DNA from: Callorhinchus milii
Taxonomy: Eukaryota
NCBI RefSeq assembly: GCF_018977255.1
Contig: NW_024704742.1
Span: forward strand, 105,526,001-105,590,000
Direction of reading: 5' to 3'
DNA: 64,000 bases
The stretch's first letter is position 1. Each line of letters begins with the position of its first letter. Of this stretch, positions 53,621 through 64,000 are shown piece after piece. The position numbers were made by a program, and so were the translations under genes. The notes under the pieces are model-generated. The model searched no databases and was not told the origin of the DNA. It saw only the letters and a list, made by a program, of their open reading frames with translations.

Positions 53621-53957
53621 ATTCCAGGCAGGGCGAAACCTTGGAAAAGTTTCCTTACTCCACGCGCCTAATAATAATCCCTCCAAAACAAAAAACAATA
53701 ATAAATGGGTCACTTTCAATCCATGACTGTTTGTGGGACACTGCTATGCGCAATTGGCTGCCATGTTTCGCCCACACATATACGGTTAATTCACTTTACA
53801 GTGTGTTCTGTGAAGCGCTTTGGGACGTCCTCCCGACGTGAAAAGCGCTATATCAAATGCAAGGTTTATTATTATTATTATTATTATTCTGTGAAGCGCT
53901 TTGTGACGTTGAGAAGACGTGAAAAGTGCTATATCAAATGCAAGGATTATTATTATA
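53621..53957 (+). mobile_element. SINE family A, short form, 5'-truncated, with two tails in tandem
   Basis: Begins inside the B box (attccaggcagggcgaaacc). The first tail ends at about 53888 and a second tail follows directly to 53957. Confidence 0.9.
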
Positions 53958-54362
53958 ATAGGTATAGCACCTAATCATGTTGGAAGGATGTCTCAAAGTG
54001 CTTCACAGGATTTACTGTGAAATGGAATGAATTATGTATTTTTAGGCAAACACAATTGTACACAGAAATGTCCCACATAAAGCCAGGAAATGAGTGATCA
54101 ATTTTATTTGGGGGGATTGTTGGCCAGGACACAGGGAGAATCTCCCTTTTCTTTTTGAATAGTGCCATAGGATCTTTAACATCCACCTGAACAGGCAGAT
54201 CCACCTCAGTTTAATGTTTCATCTGAAAGACAGCACCTCTAACAACACACCCCCAGCACTGCATTGGAGTGTCAGCTTAGACTACGTGAGTTCAAGTGCC
54301 AATGTGAGATTTGAACAGCTTTCTGACTCACAGGCGAGCATTCTACCAGAGCCAGAATGACA
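53958..54362 (-). mobile_element. Deu-domain SINE family B
   Basis: ttggccaggacacagggagaatctccc...gaatagtgccataggatctttaacatccacctgaacaggcaga. Lies tail-to-tail with the family A copy at 53621. Confidence 0.8.
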
Positions 54363-55249
54363 CCCCAATGGGATGATTAGAAGTCTGAATGCACAGCTGT
54401 CAAAGGTCTTGTACTGAACCTATAGAGATGTAACAGGCAAGGGCATCTAGTGCATGAGTACCTCCTGGCTTCACGTAGCCAAACTCTTGGAGCTGGGGCC
54501 AGAGCCTAATCTGTTCTTTTGGCTGCCGGACGTTTAGCCATTCCGCCTCCACTCTGGAACTCTATCCCAGAGTCTGTCCGACTCACTCCCTTCCTCCATG
54601 CGTACAGGGCAGTCTCAAACTTACTTATTTGACTGTGTTTTCTGGTCATCTTTCTCCTCCCTTTCCCCCCACAGCTCAGCTACCCACCCAGTATTATTCA
54701 GCACTTTGAGACATCCTGCGATGTGAAAGGCGCTATTGTATTGTGTAGTATTTGGCTGCAAAAGAGGAGAGGGAACAACAACAACTAGCATTTATATAAC
54801 GTTGCACAGCACTTGGGAAATAAACATCATAAATGTAGCTGTTCAAACGGACCAACGTGTCATCAAATCACTTCTCAATGGGAGCAAAATGACTACTTTC
54901 TTAAACCTTAAAAAGATTTTGATATTTACACCACCAGCCGTGACACTGTTGAAGTGCACACATTAGCCAAGGAAAATGTCAATTTCTGTTCCTTGTGTTC
55001 ATCTGCAAAAATCCCTTATTACTTTGTACATTGTTTTATTCTCACTGAAAGGAATCCATTGTAGAGGACCGCTGTCTGACTGTGCAGATCACACACCTGC
55101 TTTGAACAAGAGGCCTTGAGCTCCAGATTCCGAACCATGTGCAACAAAGAAATTTCGAGCTCCAGCCTGTAGACTATCCCACAGCATGACACTCATTCTG
55201 CCTGTGTGTGTGTGTACACTTTCCACCCATCACTCTTCTCTCTAGTTAT

Positions 55250-55569
55250 ATAATAAGTAATAATAATCCTTGCATTTGATGTAGCGCTTTTCACGTCTTC
55301 TAGATGTCTCAAAGCGCTTCACAGAATAGATTGTAAAGTGAATTGACTGTATATTTGTGGGCGAAACACGGCAGCTAATTGCGCACAGACGTGTTCCCAA
55401 AAACAGTCGGGGATTGAAATGACCAATTTTATTATTGTTATTTTTCTTGAAGGATTATTATTAAGCGTGTGGAGTAAGGAAACTTGCCCCAGGTTTCGCC
55501 CTGCCGGGAATTAAACCCGGGTCTCGTGCTTGCAAGGCAGGTGCTCTAATTACTGAGCTACAGGAGTCC
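55250..55569 (-). mobile_element. SINE family A, short form, TAGAA-loop tail variant
   Basis: Full-length homology to 5163-5480 but more diverged. The tail reads gagacatctagaagacgtgaaaagcgct on the minus strand. Confidence 0.9.
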
Positions 55570-55574
55570 GCATG

Positions 55575-55865
55575 TTTTCCCCTCTCTTCTTGTTTCTGCT
55601 TTTTTAAAACTGTTTTTCTTCTACGTTTTCAGTGTATCTGTTGCATTTGTTGCATATGAGTCTTTTTCTCTTTTTTCCGCTGTCTTTCTGCTTTTTCTCT
55701 CCCAGTTTCATCGCTTCAGCCTCTTTATTTTGCCCCCCCGTGTTTCTCTTCTTTGACATAGCTGACTTTTTTTTCCTGCGTCTCTTTCATTCACTCTTTG
55801 TGTTTGTCTTTGTATTCCCCCTTTCTCACTTTTTTTTATTCAGTGTCTCTGTGTCTCCTCTCAGC
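55575..55865. repeat. Pyrimidine-rich low-complexity tract
   Basis: Strongly T/C-rich on +. A purine-rich counterpart lies at about 45935-46110. Confidence 0.8.
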
Positions 55866-56599
55866 ACATGTGAAGTGAAAGTAGCCCTGGACTACACTAG
55901 GATTCCCTGACTCCGGGTGGTGTGTTGGAGAGACTGTCAGCATGGTGAACAGGCTGACACAAACATTCAATGGCTAGTTACTGAAAACACTCAGACCCTA
56001 ACAGCTGTCAAACGGCAGTTTTTAAGAGATCTTGAAGATTTTGTGATGTTTGTGCAGACCTATTTTGTAAGTGTCAGAGTTCCATTGCTTTTGTATCGAG
56101 TGCAGTTGAAGTCGGTACCTATTGGAGAGATGGTTAGAGAGAGCTCTCTATGGCTCATGAAGAAATCTGGGATGGCTTGAAAGTTTATTGTAACCAGGAA
56201 TGTTTTGTGGAGGGGTTTTGTGTTGAGATGGGTTTGCGTTTCCTGACAACCCTTTTCTAGCAATGTGCCAGGATACCGGGGAAATCATTAATAATGAGAG
56301 GAACACTGAGCACTCACAGCAGGCCAACCAGTGTCTGAAAGGGAAAAATAGGTCAGCATTTTGGGGGTGACCCTTAATCAGAACCTGAAGCAATAGCCTA
56401 GCCTTCTCTTTCAACCATTGCTGCCCTTCTGAAGATTTCCAACATTTGCTTTTATTTGTGATTTCCAGCCTTCAAATACAAGGATTATTATTCTCAGTTT
56501 TTTTTCTTTGAATTTCCAATGAATGGAAGACACTGGCTTCGGCAAGCTTTGAAGACATGAAATTCAAGGCTGATATTTTAAGATATCTTTCAAGAACAA

Positions 56600-56726
56600 T
56601 TTCGATATTTCTGTTAGGATATACATTTTCAGGATACAATATATAGTTTGCAACTGCCAGAATGGTGGAAGGCGAACTGGGTGAACCTTGGTCTTTTTTC
56701 GACTAGCAACTCTTATGTTCTTATGT
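56600..56726 (+). mobile_element. CR1 3' tail fragment
   Basis: ggtggaaggcgaactgggtgaaccttggtcttttttcgactagcaactcttatgttcttatg matches the tail at 43910-43975. Confidence 0.75.
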
Positions 56727-58459
56727 ACCAGTAGCTATGCTTGCCGCTGACCGAGTCTGTTTGCAGCACATCATCTCTGCTTACGAGTACAACTGACCTA
56801 AAGCAGGACAGAGGAAAAATGACGCTTGCTGTTGGGAAGCTAAAATACACTGACCTGTGTTTGGAAAATTAACTGTTGAAACTGGAGAGGGAAAGAGAAA
56901 GAAAAAATTGGCAGCAAAGCATTCGACCTGAGCCCTGTGAAATTGACAACAAGATTTTTGGCTGAGTACCACCACAGTGCCCTGTGAATGGCGCTGAGTG
57001 CCATTATCCTCTTTAATATACCCCTTTAGTATAGGTTTAATCCAGAACATACACTCATTCACGTTTAATCCCGAGCCAGAAAGGCATTCACATCCCGCAT
57101 TGTCCTTTATATAATATTTTACCCTAAAATACAACGGTATTGAATAGGATTAAATAAAAAAATGATTACTAATAAGTGTTTTGGGGAAGAAGGGAAAGAA
57201 TGCATTTATCAGAATACTCAACAGGTTTAGTGAGAATCCTGTCCTACGGGGAAACTTTGAGATAAGATTGGTCCCTCCTTTTTGTGAGACATTACTGTGC
57301 AAAAATTGGTTGTCGTGTTCATCGACAAAAACACCGTTACTACTCTAAAGTGAATCATGTGAAGCTTTGAGACATTTCAAATGAGTGATTAGGAGCTATA
57401 AACATGCAAGGATTATTATAATTATTAATAACTCCTTATAAATGTTGATGCAATTCAATTTTTAGGATGCAGCTTGTGTGCCGTTCATGGCAGCATTCAT
57501 CATTGTAACACTTGCCAGGAAGTATTTATTTGTACAGAGGCTATTAAACAGGCTAGAATGGGTTATCAGGAATAGTTATTGAGGCCAGGGCACTGGAATT
57601 ATTGGGAAAAAAGGCTGATGCTGCACTTAGGAACAGGGTAAGATGGGTATTCTGGAAGGATGAGATCAAATGGCCCAAAGGGCTTTTGGTTTAATGTTCC
57701 CAAGTGCATAGCCGATGATTTACATGCTGTTAAAGAAATCTTTGTGGTTTGGCAGATTGAGCGAAACTGAACCAGGCAAGTCCTATGACGTATTTCTTCC
57801 CAGTACAGCTTGTTCAGCTTCCCAAATAACTGAATCACACCTGGTTAGACTGTCTTGTGGTCTCTTCGAGACTGTGAATTATATGAAATATAGGCATTTT
57901 AAAATTCTATATCGGTGTTCCAAAATAATTGTATTAAAGCTGCCTTATTGTCTGACTGGCCAATGAATTCTCTGTAATAAGCACTTGAACCCCTGCAGTT
58001 CCACAGGCAAATTCATTGATTTTAAATAAATGGATATGGCTTCCAACAAATAGCTTTTGTGTTAAGGTGACATTAGGTATACAAGAAAAGGAACGGCGCT
58101 GGCAGTGGTGTGAAGTTAATAAAGCTGCAGAGAATGAATTTAGAGATTCAAATGGATACGAGGAAGAAAAACCACTTTATTATTATGAGGCAACCCTTTG
58201 TTTACAAAAAAATCTTAACTGCGTATGATAGGTTAATCTTCATTATGAAGTTGATGGGGTTCGAATCTATTGTAACTCTTTAACTTTTTAAAAAAATAAC
58301 ATATCTGCCTGAATAGATTGCCATCTTTCGACAAGGGCAATGCTTCAATGTAACAATTGACGAATTCAAAAGAAAAATCTAATTCTTTTTCCTTTCTTCA
58401 CTCACTTGCCTTCAAGGGCTGTCTTTGATTAGTTCAGATCATACCTCTCACACTGCCTT

Positions 58460-59545
58460 CACTTCATCTCCACAAACGGTTTCTGCTCTAGCCCCCGCAC
58501 TGTCTCGTGCGGCGTTCCTCAGGGCTCTGTCCTTGGTCCCCTCCTCTTCAATTTCTATATGCTCCCTCTTGGTGACATCATCCGCAGACATGGGGTCAAC
58601 TTCCATATGTATGTGGATGACACCCAACTCTATCTCTCTGCCTCTACCCTCAACTCCAGGACCATTGCTGTCCTGACAGAATATCTGTCAGACATCACGT
58701 CCTGGATGAGAGCTAACTTTCTTCAATTGAACGTCAACAAGACCGAGGCTCTCCTGATTGGTTCCCGTCAACGCCTTCTCACCTCAGGCGCTGACAGCAT
58801 CACCATCCATGGTTGCACACTCCACCTCACTAAGCCAGTCTGGAACCTCGCGTCTTATTTGACCCTCAACTATCCTTTCTACCCCACATCTGCGCCATGA
58901 CCCGCTCTGCCTTCCCCCACCTCTGCAACGTCACCCGGCTCTGACACTGTCTCACACCGCAGTCCACTGAAACCCTCACACATGCCTTAATTACATTGAG
59001 GTTCAACTATGCAAATTCACTGCTTGTCGGCCTCCCAAACTACTCCCTCCATAGGCTGCAGATCATCCAGAACTCTACACCCCATGTCCTCTCCCACACT
59101 AGGCTCCGTGACCCTATCATCCCCTTCCTTGCCCAACTCCACTGGCTTCCCATCACACGGAGGATACAGTCCAAATCCTGGTCCTCACCTTCAAAGCCCT
59201 CCTCGGTCTTGCTCCCGCCTACCTCTCCGACCTCCTAACCCCCTACCACCCTGTTCGCTCCCTCCGCTCAACGGGCTCCGGCCTGCTTCACGTCCCCTGC
59301 CTTGCTTGCCCTATTGGCGGACGGGCCTTCCACCACTCTGCACCCACCCTCTGGAACTCCATCCCGCAGTCCCTCTGTCTCACCCCCTCCCTCACCACCT
59401 TCAAGACCCACCTCAACACCCTCCTGTTCGACTGTGGTTTTGATCTCCCTGCTTTCCCCAAGCTCGGGTCCGTATTTCTGTCTGTCTAATGCCTTTGGAT
59501 GTCCTCCCGACATGAACGGCTCTATACAAATGTAATTTTGTTGTT
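58460..59545 (+). mobile_element. 5'-truncated, decayed L2-clade LINE (RT C-terminal part of ORF2 plus 3' tail)
   Basis: Reads [43 protein letters not shown]...[15 protein letters not shown], then across frameshifts LAQLHWLPI and FKTHLNTLLF. Ends in a stem-loop followed by ctatacaaatgtaattttgttgtt. Confidence 0.93.
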
Positions 59546-60184
59546 CTCCACTATGGTTCCCCCCCCCTCCCCCCACTTCCACCACCCAACTAATTGAACT
59601 TTTTAACGTTGGTACCTCTTTAAGACTATGATTTACACACATATATTGGAAGTAGGAGGATGGTGGAATGATTTGCATGGAGAGTTGGTTTCTGCGTGTC
59701 AAGACACCTCGCTGACCAAAAATAAATCTTATTTTAAATAAACAGAAAGAAAATCATTGTAAAAAAAATTCCCCCAGAGACATTTATTTATGGACTTGTG
59801 CTGTGAGAAAGCTGAATTAATGATGACAAAGATACTGTTGTTGAAGGAATTATAATGGGGTCTAATATCTAACATATTATGACAATATAAAATGCACCTG
59901 GGGGTAAGCGTTGGAGGTATTGGATCTCCTTGGAGCTGAACTGACCAAGGTGACATGCAAAGCATTGCATTGGAGCCCTGTCTTGGACTATGAGCTCAAA
60001 ATCCAACAGAATAGCAGTAGCATTGTTCAACTAAACATTTTTTTAATGTCAAATATAAATCAGCAGAAAAACACCACAAAACTATAGTAAACGTATTTGC
60101 AGTTTTCTTTTTCCATTAAGTTTCTGTTCTCAATCAAAACTCAAGCAGAGAACAGTCCTTACCAACAAGGAGAGACTAATTTGT

Positions 60185-60548
60185 GGAGTCCTGTAGCTCA
60201 GTGGTTAGAGCACTCGCCTCGCAAGTGAGAGACCTGGATTTCATTCTCGACACGGCGAAATGTTAGGCAAGTTTCCTTACTCCACACACATCTGTTTACC
60301 CTAGCAGTAAGTAGGAATCGGGTTGTTAGTCGATTGGCGGATTGCTTTTCCGGGGATAATAATCTCTCAAGTAAAAAAACAATAATAATTTGGTCACTCA
60401 ATCCATGACTGATTGTGGGACACTGCTCTGTGCAATTGGCTGCCGCGTTTCACCCACAAATATACAGTCAATTCAGTATATTCTGTGAGGCGCTTTGAGA
60501 CGTCTAGAAGACATGGAAAGCGTTATATCAAATGCAAGGATTATTATA
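60185..60548 (+). mobile_element. SINE family A, long form
   Basis: Head ggagtcctgtagctcagtggttagagcactcg, internal segment at 60291-60355, TAGAA-loop tail. Confidence 0.9.
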
Positions 60549-61409
60549 ACTCACTATGTTTACCTACTGTTTTATTATCTTAAGAAAGAATTCAATTTGA
60601 AGTTGACTCATCCAGATGTTTTCTTGTTTATTTCACTTGTCCAAAAGCTTGAGACGACCATGCAGTTTCTCTGTTCGTCTCCGCAACACCAGAAAACCAT
60701 GTGAGCACGTGGGAAGTGCCGGCTCTTTTGAGTCTTCAGTTTGAGCTAAGAGCTAACAAAGTAACTCATGAAAAGTGTAGCAGAGCTGTCTGCTAAGACA
60801 GCCTTGAACTTCTACAATTCATAGCTTGCCAGTGCTTAAGTCTGATAGTCTTGGACTCAACAACCAGCTCATCCAGACCATTACCACCTCATTGTCGGTT
60901 TGCAGCTGCTCTTAAACAATGAATTCAGGAATCCTCTCAGGATTCTGAGTATCCAATAGATGTATCAGCCAATGTGGAATAAAAAAAATACCTAAAATAG
61001 CTATGTGAGATGTTTTTTTTAGTTGGCACAATGCCAGCCCCCAGGAGAAAAAAGCATGAACCTTGCCTGAATTGTGCGTATCCATGACCTTCAAAACTGA
61101 AAAAGATTTTGTGCTGCAGTTGCATTGACATTTTTTTAAACTAAATTGAATTTGTGGAAAGCTGCAGTACTGAAAGACTCTCCCTGTTCACTGAGAAGCG
61201 TTGAATGTGGTATCTTCTACTCCCCTGTCAAAGGAAGCACAACCCTTACATTTCCACGCAAATACGATGCTGGAGTGGGGGGCTGCTCTAGTGTATTGGT
61301 GGGACTGACTGAAGCTAGTCCATGAACACAGGGCCTGGCTCTTGTTCATGGTTCACAGTGAGTATGCTGACTCCTGTTATAGTCAAACATGAGACACATT
61401 GAATGTTTC

Positions 61410-61837
61410 AGAATGGTTGTGGGTTCCAGCTCCATGTTGTGACTTTGAACGCTTGTAGTCTATCTTTACACTCCAGTGCAGTGCTTGGGATGTGCTGCGA
61501 TGTTGGAGTTGCCGCCCTTCAGATTAGACCGAGGTATCATCCTCCTGTTCAGATCGGGACCTCAGTCTAATGTGGATCGGAAAAACAAAGGGAGTTTCTC
61601 CTGGTGTCCTGGCCAACAATTCCCCCAAATAAAATGGACGTGGCTACAACAACAATAGCAATGTGCATTTGTATAGCGCCCTTCATGCGGGGTAGCGTCC
61701 CAGAACGCTTATTGGCTATTACAAATAAAATAAAAATAATAATTAACCACTACACTTTACAATAAACTCTGTGAAGCGCTTTGAAACATTGACAATATGA
61801 TGAAGCTCTATATCAAATGCAACGATTATTATTATTC
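61410..61837 (+). mobile_element. Deu-domain SINE family B with an inverted L2 tail inside (about 61647-61710)
   Basis: Core gggagtttctcctggtgtcctggccaacaattcccc, inserted acaacaacaatagcaatgtgcatttgtatagcgcccttcatgcggggtagcgtc, terminal (TAT)n. Confidence 0.72.
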
Positions 61838-64000
61838 ATAGTGGATATGATGAGTATTTTTTTACAGATGCAGCCAGAGACACTTGATAACCACCCATTT
61901 TCACTGACAGTCCCCCACCTTTAATATTGAGAAAGAGAGCAGCATTTACAATGGTTTGCCCAGTCACCTGCCTGAGGAGACATGATAACAGGGTTTGTCG
62001 CAACGTGTTGGGGAGTAACCACTCGTACCCATGTCACACCAACAACATTTCTGCCGTTTCCAATTGCCACAATGACCATCTATTGCTAAATTTTGACTGA
62101 CTTGATTTAAACTTACTGAGCAGAAAATCAATTGCAACTTGTACAGCATTGTAAAACTTGCTTCCATTGTTCCACAATTGTTTAGTGACCTGCCTCTTAT
62201 TGTACATAGTTAGTGTTTTAACATGATCGGCATCTTCCAAATCTCTGTATGTTGGTCTGGGTGGGGTGTAACCCATGGTTTTAAATGGAGAAATTGGTAA
62301 TGGATGAGTTAGGTATGTGTTGGGTTTCCCAAAGCCATTCCTGATGTTGAGCTGCAAAGCCGTCTTGCGCATTCGACTTGACGATGGTGGGATTCAGTGC
62401 TTGTTAGTGAGGTCGTGGCTTTTCTACCACATCAAAAAGGGTCTCCTGTGAAGCGCTTTGAGACGTCCTCCTGACGTGAAATGATCATTATTATTATTAT
62501 GGTAATTGTTAGCTAAAAGCTGCACTCCACGAGCCAGTAATTGGTGTGCAAGTCAGCTTCACGGACATTATTGTCTCCAGTGATGTGGAGGGGGCGGTGG
62601 GGGGCGGTGGTGAGAAGTGCCACCAGTCCTGCTCCTATTCAATGCAATTCGGTATTTACATCACATATTAGACACCCTATGGTCACTTCCCCTCTCTCCT
62701 TGGCTCAGCATCAAGCTCCTCTATTGTTACGCATTTTGAGACGCTACCCATGTAAAGGCCGCTATATAACTTCAAGTTTTTGTTACGACAGCACTTTACT
62801 TGCTGCTCTGTACTGGTGCTCAGTTGGAGCCTGCAGCCAGCCCTGATGCCATTGCAAACCGTGTTTAATAGTGAGCAAGCGGCTATGTGCAGCATTGAAT
62901 AGCTTTTCCAGGCCCAGCCTCACAGCTCTGAGGAAGGGTCACACCCAAAGTGTTAACCTCGTCTTCAAGTGCCGATCGACCTACTACATCCTATAGCAGC
63001 GTTTTCTATTTTTATTTCAGATTTCCAACCTTCGCAGTTTTGTCTTTTTATCTCAGCAAAATCAATCCACATTGACGTAGTCAAAGAGATGAAAACAGCC
63101 GAGTGCTGAGTGTTAATGCTGTCGGAGGTTTGGGGTAAACTGCCTCTGCGAGTCAGCACGTGTTGCCATTTAACCTCCTGCTCCTTCATGCAATTCCACA
63201 GTCAATTTAGTTTTTTTTGTAAGATTTATTATGGCTTAACTGAGCTTGTTGGGCTTCTGAGTTTAGGTGAGGCTTTAGAGCACACCAAGGGACTTCATGA
63301 TTTGACACAATCCTGCTGACTGGCCTGACTGCTTTCCATGTATTTCCTCTCTTCTTAAAATGGGTGCTCCCTGTGTCTGCAGGACACCATCTGGTTGGAA
63401 ACTCAAGCTTCAAATGCAGAGAACACAGATGTTTCATTGCTTTATATTTGGCTTAAGTCCCAGTAAATTTCTAACATACACAAGACTCCTCTAGTCGGGA
63501 GACCATGCCTCGTCAGGCTGTTTTAGTTAAAGAGCTGGGATTTCTGGGATCATAAACTAAATGGTACATGGGTAGCATGGTACTTGTCCAACTAGTTACA
63601 CCTTACCCTACCGTTAGAGCTACGGTTCACAGGGTTGAGGAGATGTCTAGACCTCCAAGTCTCATTGATGAGCCAGACAGGCTGGTTAACCACCATTAAT
63701 GCCTTAGATTACTGCTGCTCATATGTTCAAGTCTGAATCTGTCCGGATCGAATTTGGTTCTTTCATTTGTTCTCCTTGGCACCTTTCCATACAATCCGCA
63801 AGGAACGTCATTGTTACTCCTGGTGTTTATTGCTGTCACTATGGTACTTTTCATGAAATCATCAGGCCACAGTAAAGATAAACTTATGTCACAGAAGGTA
63901 CAGAAAAGAGCAGTGAAGAAAGATTAAAGTAATGTAAACTTGAAAGACTGGAACCTAGACAGCAGAGGTGGAACCTCAACAAGGTTTATAAAATATTAAT

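Noticed and set aside
55632..55910. Phe/Leu/Ser-rich membrane-protein-like ORF (also 45853-46326)
   Set aside because: Artefact of a pyrimidine- or purine-rich low-complexity tract.
58559..58900. Functional reverse transcriptase or retron-like system
   Set aside because: 5'-truncated L2 with frameshifts and an in-frame stop; the N-terminal RT motifs and endonuclease are missing.

Overview
Vertebrate genomic DNA, not prokaryotic. The repeat content suggests a cartilaginous fish (inference). The only host coding sequence I can support is one 77-bp internal exon at 18263-18339 (+), which I recognise from memory as FBXL17 (CVEFVAKEGQSLKELYLVSCKITDY, LRR region). I saw no neighbouring exon, so the rest of the window is probably two very large introns. 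These are dense in retroposons: a young tRNA-Ala-headed SINE in long and internally deleted forms (family A), older Deu-domain SINEs (family B), AmnSINE2-like relics, L2 and CR1 LINE 3' fragments and Penelope-type end relics. There are also several palindromic MITE-like elements, a 38-bp minisatellite and repeat-free blocks that look like conserved non-coding enhancers. The most interesting signals are a LINE/SINE partnership visible as a shared 3' stem-loop with swapped loops, modular SINE evolution, inverted SINE pairs able to form dsRNA in the pre-mRNA, and a CTCF-like motif inside a nested palindromic element. I found no convincing new protein-coding system. Repeat family names come from recalled consensus sequences, not from a database search, and the boundaries of old repeats are approximate.
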